A DNA stretch of 64,000 nt from positions 1,152,001-1,216,000 of the forward strand of contig OY970280.1 of assembly GCA_963715865.1 (NCBI GenBank). The letters run 5' to 3'. Each line of letters begins with the position of its first letter. The stretch's first letter is position 1. The notes under the pieces are model-generated. The model did not search any database. It was not told the origin of the DNA and saw nothing but the letters and a program-made list of their open reading frames with translations. This stretch comes from Candidatus Bathyarchaeota archaeon. Its GTDB lineage: Archaea; Thermoproteota; Bathyarchaeia; Bathyarchaeales; Bathycorpusculaceae. A program made the translations under genes and the position numbers. Below are positions 48,556 through 58,212 of the stretch, piece by piece.

Positions 48556-48765
48556 TTGTTCGAGCTCGTAAAAGTTTTGTTCAAACAATCCAGCTGGCAG
48601 TTCTACAGTAGTATAGTCAAAGTCAAGCCCAGCGCCAAAGTTATAACTATTGAGCCAGCTATAGGCAGGCAAACCTGTTGTAGTATAGTGATAGTGAAGC
48701 CCGACGCCAAAGTGATGACTATTAAGCGCTCTGTAAGACGCTTTGAGCATGGAGGAGGATGTTAG
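48556..48765 (+). other. Short ORF or remnant with a 72-nt (24-aa) internal duplication
   Basis: SIVKVKPSAKVITIE / SIVIVKPDAKVMTIK; differences mostly at third codon positions in the + frame. Confidence 0.35.
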
Positions 48766-48925
48766 GAATTATGCATTCATCCTGTCGCTTTAACCAGCTT
48801 CATGTCTGACGCTTGGGCGACACAAAAGAAGAAATAAGCATTGAATTATAAGTGCTGTGTGAAATATTGTGTTCGGGCGAGGTCTAAGCGATTTAAGAGT
48901 CTAGTAGAGATAGGAAAGAGTCTGC

Positions 48926-49693
48926 ATGAAAAAAAGAAGTGAAAAACCAAAGTATGGTTTGTATGCAATTAAGATAATTGCAATTCTTTTTTCTGTTATA
49001 GAAATCATTGGGTTGCTCTTGCTTTCAGCAGGTTACTTTGTTTTCAGCAACACATATCTAACAATTGGTGGCGGGATAATTGTTGCCTTTGGAATTTACA
49101 TGATTGTTGCCCATTTTCTTTCTTTATACGTCTTCACCGGGTTTGGCATGAGCCTTGATTGGGTCGCAAAACTCCTGGAATTAAAAGGAAACGAGTATGT
49201 GCTGGATGTGGGAAGTGGCACTGGAAGAACGTCGGTGCGGATAGCGAAAAGGCTTACTACTGGAAGGCTTGTTGGGATCGACATTTGGGACACAATGGAA
49301 CTCAGCGGTAACTCGCCAGAAAGAGCGTACAAGAATGCGGAAATCGAAGGCGTGAAGGCTAAAGTTGATTTCAAATTTGGAAACGTCTTGGAGATACCTT
49401 TCAATGATGATATTTTTGACATCGTCACATGCAGTAGCGTCTTAAATAACCTTCCTGGAGAAAAGAACAGAATCAAAGCCCTGAAGGAAATCTTTCGAGT
49501 CTTGAAACCCGGAGGAAAATGCATGCTACTTGAACCTCTCAGGAACCTAAGAATGTTTTTCGCTTTCACACCCTTCGCGTTTTTCCAGTTAGGAAAAAGC
49601 GAACACTGGGAAAAGTACGCCAAGACTGCGGGCTTTTCAAAAGTGAGATTCCACGATAAAAAAGGCAGTGGCATTTTTATCCTAGAGAAATAA
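48926..49693 (+). CDS. Class I SAM-dependent methyltransferase with N-terminal TM helices
   Basis: VLDVGSGTG, GIDIWD, FDIVTCS, LKPGG. Confidence 0.9.
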   Translation: MKKRSEKPKYGLYAIKIIAILFSVIEIIGLLLLSAGYFVFSNTYLTIGGGIIVAFGIYMIVAHFLSLYVFTGFGMSLDWVAKLLELKGNEYVLDVGSGTGRTSVRIAKRLTTGRLVGIDIWDTMELSGNSPERAYKNAEIEGVKAKVDFKFGNVLEIPFNDDIFDIVTCSSVLNNLPGEKNRIKALKEIFRVLKPGGKCMLLEPLRNLRMFFAFTPFAFFQLGKSEHWEKYAKTAGFSKVRFHDKKGSGIFILEK

Positions 49694-49824
49694 AGAAACG
49701 CTGCTAATTTTTCCGCTAACTGCTTAGTCTTTCCGTGTACTTTTTGTGTAATGAAGCTTATGCTTTTGGCGTATTCGCGCGGGTATACTGGTCTAAAATC
49801 CATTATTCATTAAAGCTGAACCTT

Positions 49825-50034
49825 TTAGAGAAGCTTTAACTTTCTTTCTATGAGTATAAATATAACGTATGTGAAGAACCCTAGAACCAATAAGATTACA
49901 CCTAGAAGTATGGATATCTCGAATATCGAGTATACTCCAAAAGCAAGAAGGATTAGCCCTATGATACCCATGATTCCAAGAAGGATTAGCCCTTTTCTGC
50001 TAACAACTTTCTTTTGACTCGTTTGTTTAGTCAT
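49825..50034 (-). CDS. Small two-TM membrane protein
   Basis: 69 aa, basic N-terminus, two hydrophobic helices. Confidence 0.55.
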   Translation of the reverse strand: MTKQTSQKKVVSRKGLILLGIMGIIGLILLAFGVYSIFEISILLGVILLVLGFFTYVIFILIERKLKLL

Positions 50035-50269
50035 TTTTTAACTCTTCTCTCAGCACCTTTTTTGAATCAATGCGAATATAAACTAATAATGGTTTTGGGC
50101 TTGGAGTTAAATTTTAACCAAAAGGTTCACCTCCACAACGGAAAAAACATGTAATCAATAGCTATGGAATAACAAAAATTGTGTGTGATTGTCAAAGTGT
50201 TATAACTTGCCGTTTTCAGGTGCACGCGCTTGGAGTAAGGCTTTAATGTAAATTGACAGTTAACGTTTA

Positions 50270-50866
50270 GTGAAGCTTATGATAGTTGGAATTTGCGGAA
50301 GCCCAAGAGAGCAAGCCACTGATTATGTTTTGAAAGAAGCCCTGCGAATGCTCAGCGAGAAAGGGTTTGAAACTCGTTTTTGGACCGTTAGAGGGAAGCA
50401 TGTTGGATTCTGTACGCACTGTGATTTCTGCCTGAAAAACAAGGAATGCGCATTCAAAGATGACATGCAAGAAGTCTACGCGCTCTTGAAAGATGCAAAG
50501 GGCATAATTTTTGCTACGCCTGTTTATAATGGCGGAGTCAGTGCACAAACCAAAACAGTAATGGACCGTTGCAGAGCTGCTGTGGCAGGTGACCCTGACT
50601 TTTTCAGGGGCAAAATCGGCATGGGAATTGCTTTAGGCGGAGACAGGGCGGGGGGGCAAGAGAACGCGTTGATGCAGATTTTAACGTTTTACATTCTTAA
50701 TGGCGCGGTTCCTGTTAGCGGCGGGTTTTTTGGCGCTAATTTAGGGGCAACTTTCTGGACTAAGGACACACTGGAGGGCGTCAAGCTTGATAAGGAAGGT
50801 TTTAGGAGTTTGAGGAAGACTGTGAAGCGGTTTGCAGTTTTCGTTGAGAAGTATGGAGAAAAATAA
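50270..50866 (+). CDS. Iron-sulfur flavoprotein (Isf)/flavodoxin-like protein
   Basis: GSPR, CTHCDFC..C cluster motif, ATPVYNG, GGDRAGGQE. Confidence 0.9.
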   Translation: MKLMIVGICGSPREQATDYVLKEALRMLSEKGFETRFWTVRGKHVGFCTHCDFCLKNKECAFKDDMQEVYALLKDAKGIIFATPVYNGGVSAQTKTVMDRCRAAVAGDPDFFRGKIGMGIALGGDRAGGQENALMQILTFYILNGAVPVSGGFFGANLGATFWTKDTLEGVKLDKEGFRSLRKTVKRFAVFVEKYGEK

Positions 50867-50879
50867 CAAGGCGAGCGTT

Positions 50880-51467
50880 ATGGGTGAAAGCGTTAAAGTC
50901 AAGAAGCGTAAGGTTGCTTGGGGAATCACTGGCGGTGGTGACAAAATAGCTGAGATAATTGATGTTATGAAAGATTTAAGGAAGCAGTCGGAAGATGTTG
51001 TCGAGATTCAGGTTTTTCTTTCCAAAGCTGCTGATATTGTGTTAAAATATTATAAGCTTGAGGATGATTTAAAGCAGAATTTTCAAAAAGTGCAGCTTGA
51101 AATTAATTCTAATTCTCCTTTTCTTGCCGCTTGGATGCAAATGCGCAAGTATGAGTTTTTGCTGATTGCTCCTGCGTCATCGAACACGGTTGCTAAAATC
51201 GCCAATGGCATAGGTGACACGTTGCTATCGAATGCGGCGATTATGAGTTTGAAAGCCTTTGTGCCCGTTTACATACTGCCAACAGATTACAGGGAAAGCA
51301 CAGTTTACACTAAACTTCCAAACGGCAAAGAAATGAAGCTGAGAGTACGCAAGGAAGAAGCTGACCAAGTCCGAAAACTCGAAAAAATGGAAGATGTGCA
51401 TGTGCTGGAGAGCCCTCAAAAAATGAGGGAAGCTTTTTGGGAATGGATAAAAACAATAAAATCCTAA
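50880..51467 (+). CDS. afpA: Archaeoflavoprotein AfpA
   Basis: VAWGITGGG, IAPASSNTVAKIANGIGDTL, PVYILPTD. Confidence 0.85.
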   Translation: MGESVKVKKRKVAWGITGGGDKIAEIIDVMKDLRKQSEDVVEIQVFLSKAADIVLKYYKLEDDLKQNFQKVQLEINSNSPFLAAWMQMRKYEFLLIAPASSNTVAKIANGIGDTLLSNAAIMSLKAFVPVYILPTDYRESTVYTKLPNGKEMKLRVRKEEADQVRKLEKMEDVHVLESPQKMREAFWEWIKTIKS

Positions 51468-51514
51468 TTCTTTCTGCGGTAAACATCGCAAGGTTCTGTT
51501 AAAACAAGCATAAC

Positions 51515-51733
51515 TCATTTACTTAGGGCTTTATTGACAAGTGACTCTTCAGTGATCGCCTTTTCCATGAGACTTTTTACGGCTTCATTCAGGTTGCCCT
51601 TGAAGTAGGGCTTAACAATTTTTAAGGCAAACTCTTTCAGTAAACTTGCTGAAAAACCATGAAAAGTCAAGTCCACTAACAAATCTTCCTCGGTTAAAAC
51701 TGAATACTTCTCAATCACATATTCCAACTCCAA
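51515..51733 (-). CDS. Small hypothetical protein
   Basis: 72-aa ORF with natural helical composition, GGAG upstream. Confidence 0.5.
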   Translation of the reverse strand: MELEYVIEKYSVLTEEDLLVDLTFHGFSASLLKEFALKIVKPYFKGNLNEAVKSLMEKAITEESLVNKALSK

Positions 51734-51883
51734 AAGCTGGATATGCGAAAAAAGCTAAGAATATGTGTGCGCATGGAGAAAATCAGACACACGGTAATAA
51801 ATGCTTCAAGTAAAAAAATGATTTTCACAGTTACTTGATAATTGGGTTTTTCTTCGCTCGGGATTATAGAATCTTTTTTCTTC

Positions 51884-52084
51884 TTACGCTTCTACTTCGT
51901 TTTTCAATTTGGGAATTACATTCCGTACCCATTCTATTTTAGTATTGTAAGCTTCATGCATTTGTGGCTGAGTATAATAGATTCTTTCTTTAGCCGCTGC
52001 AGCCATTCGACTTTCTAATCCAGTAATCTTGCTTATCCGTTTGGGCTGCCCTTTCCTTTTCGATTTATAACTTTCACGGTTCAT
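51884..52084 (-). CDS. Small basic hypothetical protein
   Basis: 66-aa ORF with GGAG upstream; no recognisable motif. Confidence 0.35.
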   Translation of the reverse strand: MNRESYKSKRKGQPKRISKITGLESRMAAAAKERIYYTQPQMHEAYNTKIEWVRNVIPKLKNEVEA

Positions 52085-52510
52085 ATTGATCTCCGCTAGT
52101 TCAAGCTCAAATACCTAACATATAGAAGTTTCGTAATCTTTTTGATTAAGTGCGCACCTGTCTGAGAATTAGAAAAATATGAAAATAAGTTTCGTTGCCG
52201 TTTTGCTTTAACAAGTCTAACTTTTAAGAGGTTCCGAGTGCTCGCGTTGCCGCTTTTCTTCTTCAACTTCCTTTTCTAGTTCGTTAAGTTCAGCCTCGAA
52301 CTTTTTGCGCCCCGAGCCGTAATGGAAAACATGAGCGGTGGCGTATATCTTCATGTAAGCGAAAATGGGGTTATAGATGTTCTTTCAGAAGATGAGCCGA
52401 TTAAGCATCCCGACATCACTATAGCGAGTATTTGATTGGCAAAGCAGCGTTAGGGTTTGGGTTTTACAAATGTGTGTTGCACAATAATGTAAAACAAAAA
52501 TAAACATTTA

Positions 52511-52687
52511 ATGTGCTGCAATTCAGCATCTTCGATTCAGAAATTTGAATTAGCGTCAGCCTCACATGTCACAAGAGCCATCAAAAGCATGCTGGAAGAC
52601 GAAACGCTTGAAAAGATAAACGGCACCTACGCGCTTACAGACATTCTCTTCAAAGAATGGATAAAACGACAAAGTAACAAGCCCTAA
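52511..52687 (+). pseudogene. C-terminal winged-helix remnant of an archaeal AAA-ATPase-like gene
   Basis: IQKFELASASHVTRAIKSMLEDETLEKINGTYALTDILFKEWIKR*; no ATPase domain upstream. Confidence 0.45.
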
Positions 52688-52696
52688 ATCCAAAGG

Positions 52697-52813
52697 AAGG
52701 AGAAAACTAACCAAGTTCGAAAACTCGAAAGCATGGAAGACATGCACGTCCTTGAAAACCCGCAAAAGTTACGAGAGGTTTTTCTAGAATGGCTAAAAAC
52801 TATAAAACCTTAA
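52697..52813 (+). pseudogene. Diverged copy of the last 38 codons of afpA
   Basis: KEKTNQVRKLESMEDMHVLENPQKLREVFLEWLKTIKP* vs AfpA KEEADQVRKLEKMEDVHVLESPQKMREAFWEWIKTIKS*. Confidence 0.8.
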
Positions 52814-53311
52814 AATCACTTTAAACTTTAGTGCTCCCAGCGAGTGCCTGCTGAACCTAATGGTGTTTTGACTCTCCTATTCCGCCGAACACTAGTCTTT
52901 GCTTGAAGGCTCATTCCATGAAATGAAAGAAGACGCTAGGATAGTCAATTGGGAAAAAATAGTGCGGCTCCACCAACTAATGAAGGAAGCACACCAGATA
53001 AGGTCAGAAACCAGACTCTAGCGTCCTTTGTTTTTTTTATTTTCCTATTTTAGTAGATTCGGTTTTTTTATTCGAGTTCGCAGTGGTTCTTATTTTAACC
53101 AAGCATTCTTTGGCTTGATTTAGAAACATTACTGCTTCATCTTTTTGTTTCTTCTCTACGTACAAAATGCTATTTAGCCCAGGGTGAAGGAGTTCATTTC
53201 GATTCCCTGCCTGAATTGCCGTAGGGTGGAAGTTCAACCCCCAACTTCAAGACAATTAGCGCGTGCTAATCTTTTTATGAGTAAATTGTTAAGAGAGCGT
53301 TAGGGATTGGT

Positions 53312-53650
53312 TTGAGAAGGGAAGAAGCAATATCGGTCCTAAAGGAACTCCTTGATAACTGTACAGGTCTTGATGGGCATTATTTGGAATTAGCACCACC
53401 CAGCACTCCTACGTCAACTAACGAGGGGTATCAAATTATTATTAGAACCGCTCTTGATCAAGAAACAGAAAAATGCATACAGGACATACTGATAAAACAT
53501 AAACTTACCTATCAAATTGGAAGCATGTGGAAAACAAAGCGGTCAATAAATAAAACAGACCTGGATACATTCATAATCTACAAACCTATACCCAAGCCAA
53601 ATTTAAACCAAAAACATAACGAACGTCTTGGAAAACCTTCCTTTAATTAA
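53312..53650 (+). CDS. Hypothetical protein
   Basis: 112-aa ORF, globular composition (REEAISVLKEL..GYQIII..FIIYKP). Confidence 0.65.
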   Translation: MRREEAISVLKELLDNCTGLDGHYLELAPPSTPTSTNEGYQIIIRTALDQETEKCIQDILIKHKLTYQIGSMWKTKRSINKTDLDTFIIYKPIPKPNLNQKHNERLGKPSFN

Positions 53651-53919
53651 AAAAGGGAAAGCGGGTGAGATCTCCACCTGGTCTGGGGTTCAAATCCACC
53701 CAACGCTAAAAATAAGCTTCTTGTATTCATCAAAACTTCGAGAAATGAACGGTATCATAAGCTTTGATTAAGGTTTGCTGAGGCCTTGGAACAAATTTAA
53801 GGAGAAAAGCAAACGCATATTCTTAACTATGACTGTTCAACCAGAGCCTTCTCAGCCCCTTTTCTCCATTGCTTTTTGAGACTAAAAAAGGGGAAAGTGA
53901 ATTTTTGTTTGTGCTATTT

Positions 53920-56496
53920 TTACGCGTGTTTCCTGAGTATAAGCAATCCGACTATGGCTATTGCAATGATTATAGCGATTACTGAAGCGACCATGTACGT
54001 CATTAGGTCTGTTGTTGTTGCTAGGTTTGCTTGAGGTACAACGGTTGGTGCTGCTGTTGGTGCTGGGTCAACTGCGAAGCTGGTTTCCGCATACGAGCCA
54101 TAATAAGCTTTGGAGCCGCCGAACGTAGTGTATACAGTATACTTGCCTGAGATGTCAGGGGACCATTGGAAACTGTAGAAGCCGTCTGCATCGCTTGTGG
54201 TATTGCCGATTTGCCTGTAGTTGCCGTTTGAATCTAGAACGTAGATTGAAACAGGAACACCTGTTGCGTTCGCCGGACGCTCGAACTGCTTGTAAACGTA
54301 CAGCATCCAGTCGCTCATGCCCTCGTCAGATACCGCTGGAACACCATTCGGGAATCGGGCTGTCAAAGCGTATTTCTCTGTGCCGGGTGATATGTCAGTC
54401 ACGTAGCCTTCTACCAATACGCTGCTAGAGAGCGTGGTAACTTTTGGTGATGCAGTGACTGTTGTTTCACTTGGACCTTTTCCGATGGCGTATACACGTT
54501 GGTCATAGGTGTCCATGGTGGCGATTATGCTGTCACCGATGATTCCGTTGCCACCCCATCGGGTTTCACGGAACATGCCGTTTACTCTCCAAATAACGTC
54601 TCCTGTCGTTGCGTTAAGGCAGATATATGGTCCACCGCGTGGTATTGGTTGCTCGGCTGAGTGTTCTAATGTGCCGACATAGACTTTTCCATCAACAATC
54701 AGATCTATCCAGCCCCACCAGTTATTGCCAGTTACAGGTTCGTTGTATGGGTCTGACATTGTATAATTCCACGTTGTTTTCCCTGTCGCGAGGTCATAAG
54801 CATAGACTATACCGCCGATGCCAGTTGAATAGAGCTTTCCGTAGGCGAAGTACCAAGTGTGCTCTGCATTACCCCATCCGTAAGCATCTTGCCAAGCTTC
54901 AGGAGCAGTTTGCCACAGATAGTCTCCGGTTTCTGTACTAAACGCATAGTGTGTCCTTAGTTCTTTGTCCCATAATGCAATGACGCCGTTTTTAACTTCG
55001 CTAGTTGCACCGACATAGTTTAGAGTATTAGAGCCAGCTAGCCATTCGGCTGGTGCTGACCAAGTTTTGTCGAATAGCAATTGTCCTCTCGTTCCTAGTG
55101 CTGTACTTACCGCCCATACTCTTACCTGTGTTTGGTTGAAGGCCATAGACATTACTCTGTCCGGATAAACCTTCAATATTGGTGCAAAGAATGAAGTGCT
55201 GACTGTTAATCCTGCGGGGATTGATACGTTCCATGTGTAGCATCTTGGGTTTGCTCCATCCAATCCTGGTCCCAATGCGTTTCCATGAGCTGAGTTGCCC
55301 CAACTGCCATAGTCGGGAGTGCCAATAACTGCGTTCTGTAGTCCGCAATCGGTTGAGTTCCAAAGAGCCATCCATTTATTAGCGTAGTCTATTTGGTAAA
55401 TGAGGATTTCGCCGCTTGGACCGTATGCTCTAACGCCTGAAGGTACGTTTTTGATCCGCATCTGCTGGTTGCCAGTGAAGGGGTCGTATGCAATATAAGT
55501 ATTATTACTGGTAAAATCTGGATTGGTCGTGGTCTTTACTTCCCAGATGTAGGTGAATACGCCGTCAAAGTTGTAGCTGTTGAAATAAAAGACCTCTCCA
55601 AATGATAGTACAGTATTGTTTCTAAACATCCATTCTTCTCCAGTGTGCAAGTCTACTGCTATGATTGCTGGCGCCATTTCTGCTCTAGTATCTGTTCTTT
55701 GGTAGTAGAGGATTCCGTTCAATATTATTGAACCAGGGAATTTACCTTCGTATGCGTCGCCTGATTCAGAGGCTGCTGGAACTTGTCCGTCGCCCCACAG
55801 GCCACCGGTTAAGCCTCCAGTAGTCATATCGTTTGCCCATAGTACGTGAGCAGTTTCTGGTGCATCGTCGTTGTAGAGTCCATCAGTTACCCAATAATTA
55901 TTGTTAGCGTCGGGTATACCAACCCAGTTTCCTGAGATTGAATACCATTCTCTGAGCTGTGAATCTATAGGGCGAGTCCAGTATTCTGTTGGAAGTGGTT
56001 CGCCTGGTCGGATTGCGCGTGGTTCTGATGTTACAGTAAGGCTGAATGCGTCGCTAGTGCTTGCCTGCAATACGGTACCTTCCAAAATCAAGACGTTTGC
56101 TTCATAGCTGAAGAAGGTTGTTGGAACTGTTTGTTCAGGGAAGTTTGTCGTAAATTTGTATGTGCCAACTTGGGTGGGAGTGTATGATGTAATGGATGAG
56201 CCTGTTGAGTCTGTCGTGAATGGTCCTAGAGTTTCGGTTGTGTTGTCAGGTTTAACTACTGTTACTGTCACACCTGTCCAACCTTGCAGTACGGCGCCTG
56301 CCTGCTGCAAAATTCCGAATCGTACCAACACTGACTGTCCGACGCCTGTTGGATTGGGTAAAACATCGATGAGGGGATAGGTTTTCACTGAGAGTGCTGC
56401 TGTTTGTGCCTTAACGGGTACGGTAAAAGCGATAATTGGTAGAGCCATTAGTGCAATAATTAGAATAGCCGCTATTGTAGTCTTATTTTTAGTCAT
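53920..56496 (-). CDS. Secreted, C-terminally anchored PQQ-type beta-propeller protein with flanking Ig-like domains
   Basis: Signal peptide; Trp-ended blades (AVDLHTGEEW, AFSTETGDYLW, AYDLATGKTTW, CLNATTGDVIW); C-terminal TM + RKH; ATG 56496 after AGGAGAGAGG. Confidence 0.88.
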   Translation of the reverse strand: MTKNKTTIAAILIIALMALPIIAFTVPVKAQTAALSVKTYPLIDVLPNPTGVGQSVLVRFGILQQAGAVLQGWTGVTVTVVKPDNTTETLGPFTTDSTGSSITSYTPTQVGTYKFTTNFPEQTVPTTFFSYEANVLILEGTVLQASTSDAFSLTVTSEPRAIRPGEPLPTEYWTRPIDSQLREWYSISGNWVGIPDANNNYWVTDGLYNDDAPETAHVLWANDMTTGGLTGGLWGDGQVPAASESGDAYEGKFPGSIILNGILYYQRTDTRAEMAPAIIAVDLHTGEEWMFRNNTVLSFGEVFYFNSYNFDGVFTYIWEVKTTTNPDFTSNNTYIAYDPFTGNQQMRIKNVPSGVRAYGPSGEILIYQIDYANKWMALWNSTDCGLQNAVIGTPDYGSWGNSAHGNALGPGLDGANPRCYTWNVSIPAGLTVSTSFFAPILKVYPDRVMSMAFNQTQVRVWAVSTALGTRGQLLFDKTWSAPAEWLAGSNTLNYVGATSEVKNGVIALWDKELRTHYAFSTETGDYLWQTAPEAWQDAYGWGNAEHTWYFAYGKLYSTGIGGIVYAYDLATGKTTWNYTMSDPYNEPVTGNNWWGWIDLIVDGKVYVGTLEHSAEQPIPRGGPYICLNATTGDVIWRVNGMFRETRWGGNGIIGDSIIATMDTYDQRVYAIGKGPSETTVTASPKVTTLSSSVLVEGYVTDISPGTEKYALTARFPNGVPAVSDEGMSDWMLYVYKQFERPANATGVPVSIYVLDSNGNYRQIGNTTSDADGFYSFQWSPDISGKYTVYTTFGGSKAYYGSYAETSFAVDPAPTAAPTVVPQANLATTTDLMTYMVASVIAIIIAIAIVGLLILRKHA

Positions 56497-56553
56497 TTTC
56501 CTCTCTCCTAAATTATAACACATTTTTCAATGTGCGATTCAATTAAGAGATGC

Positions 56554-56588
56554 GAATAATATTTATTCTGAACTCACGATACGTGAGT
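56554..56588. promoter_or_regulatory. Two adjacent perfect palindromes (GAATAA-TAT-TTATTC; ACTCACG-ATA-CGTGAGT) in a divergent promoter
   Basis: Read directly at 56554-56568 and 56572-56588; operator role is inferred. Confidence 0.55.
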
Positions 56589-56631
56589 GTCTAATGAAAG
56601 AAAGATAAAGAATTGAAACGGAGATAAACGC

Positions 56632-57297
56632 ATGGACAATACTGCTTTGATCATAGTTGAAGTTGTTTCGGCAATAGTCTGCTTCGTTCTAGTGTGGTTT
56701 ATGGTAAAACCCTACCGCACAACAGGGGAGAGTCGATACCTTGGTTTGCCACTGGGATTTGCTTTTTTGGGCGTATCATACGTCCTAATGGGCACCGCAT
56801 ATTTTGAGTCGTTTCGCTTTGTCCAAGAAACTAAATGGCTACAGCTTTTCACACAAACCTATGCATTCACCTTTCTCGCCGCAACATACTTTTTTTCGAA
56901 GAAGCCTACCAAACATTCACGTTTGTGGTTGGATCTTACTTACGCAGTGTTAGTTTTGGTTGCCATCATTTCATATTTGGCTGCTGTCGAACCATTAATT
57001 TTCGGGTTGCCCAGCTACAAAAGAGCAAACGAATACTTACTGCTCTTCAACATCATTTGCCTCGCATACATCTCTATCCACACATTAAGAAGTCATGCGT
57101 CAAAGCCTGATCCTAAAACAATTTGGACTCCTCTCAGCTATATTTTGCTTAGTTTCGGTCAGTACTCTCTATTTATTTGGTCTGTTGATTCAAGCTTCGC
57201 GGCATACGTTGGCGCGCAATTCCTCAGATTGTCAGGATTGCTGATTTTGCTATTTGTGACCTACCAAGCTTTTCACGCTCTGCATGAAACGCCCTAA
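56632..57297 (+). CDS. Seven-TM membrane protein with no soluble domain (putative sensor)
   Basis: About 7 hydrophobic helices in 221 aa; overlaps wHTH gene. Confidence 0.7.
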   Translation: MDNTALIIVEVVSAIVCFVLVWFMVKPYRTTGESRYLGLPLGFAFLGVSYVLMGTAYFESFRFVQETKWLQLFTQTYAFTFLAATYFFSKKPTKHSRLWLDLTYAVLVLVAIISYLAAVEPLIFGLPSYKRANEYLLLFNIICLAYISIHTLRSHASKPDPKTIWTPLSYILLSFGQYSLFIWSVDSSFAAYVGAQFLRLSGLLILLFVTYQAFHALHETP

Positions 57298-57589
57298 AAA
57301 GAAGGTATCCATAATGAGGAAGCTTCAGCGTAGAGACAGATTAAAGATTTATGGGGACTTGCTTTTTATTCTAAACAGTGAATCGAAGAAAGAGAAAGTT
57401 GTTCTAACTCATGTTCAGCTAAAAATAAACGTTCCTTTTGACCGTCTGAAAACCTACATCGATGAACTCAGAGAACTAGGCTTGATTTTGGAAAATCCCT
57501 CATTAAAGTTGACAGAAAAGGGTAAACTGTACCTAAGAGAGTACGAGATGGTTCTTGATTTTGTGAAGCGCATGGGTTTAACTTATTAA
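57284..57589 (+). CDS. Winged helix-turn-helix transcription regulator
   Basis: RRDRLKIYGDLL..LTHVQLKINVPFDRLKTYIDELRELGLI..LTEKG. Confidence 0.85.
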   Translation: MKRPKKKVSIMRKLQRRDRLKIYGDLLFILNSESKKEKVVLTHVQLKINVPFDRLKTYIDELRELGLILENPSLKLTEKGKLYLREYEMVLDFVKRMGLTY

Positions 57590-57962
57590 TGGGACAATAT
57601 TGGCTTAGCGCGCGCGATCAAAAAAATAGAAATAATTTGAATTAATTAACTCCGAATAATTTAAGAAAATGGACGAAAACAAAGAGTACGCTTTTTAGGA
57701 AAAGATGTAGACTCCAACCTTTGGGAACAAAAACAGGCGAAGCGACAAAAACAAAAAGACCCTGGTGAAAATAGCGAAATTGGCAGGCACTTGCTGTTTG
57801 ACAATATTTGATTTTTTCCTGTTCTGGTCTACAGTCACGTTTGGTGATGCTCAATGGCCCATTTTAGTGGAAGCAATCTGGTGGAAGCGTTCGCGCTTCA
57901 AATGCAAGATTTTCTGAAAAACTAGAGACCACACTTTATTCTAGAAAAAGAGGGAAGAGGAC

Positions 57963-58087
57963 GCGGGAGACATCGCCACTTAGGGTATGTTCCGCCGAAC
58001 AGTAGTATTTTTGGAAGAATCACTGAAAAACAAGAAAATAATCTGACAAAAGAAAAAGGGTAAAGATTGCGGGAGACATCTCCATCT
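57963..58087 (+). repeat. Two copies of GCGGGAGACATC(G/T)CCA 106 nt apart; third variant at 53661-53679
   Basis: 15/16 identity between copies at 57963 and 58069; each preceded by A-rich AGGG. Confidence 0.65.
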
Positions 58088-58212
58088 AACCCTAAATTCA
58101 AAAGAACTATTTTTGCCTCCGGTAAATAGAGTGGATACTATGCTTTCTTTTAGTTAGAAAGCTTTTTGTGTGTTCTAAAGGTTAATATTGTCTTTGTCCT
58201 TAGGGTGGAAGT

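Noticed and set aside
48496-48750. Minus-strand 84-aa ORF as the real gene
   Set aside because: Differences between the two repeat units are non-synonymous on this strand but mostly third-position on the + strand
53680-53706. tRNA 3' half or att site (GGGGTTCAAATCC)
   Set aside because: Only a T-loop-like 13-mer; stem imperfect, no acceptor pairing and no match to the tRNA-Asp in the window
56632-57297. 7TM protein as a microbial rhodopsin or heliorhodopsin
   Set aside because: Helix 7 (AYVGAQFLRLSGLL) has no retinal-binding Lys and no DxxxK or SxxxK motif
53652-58087. Fluoride or cobalamin riboswitch reading of the dispersed motif
   Set aside because: GGAGA/TCTCC has a 2-nt loop where the fluoride aptamer needs about 6; no B12-box or ACTG element follows GGGAA..GGTG
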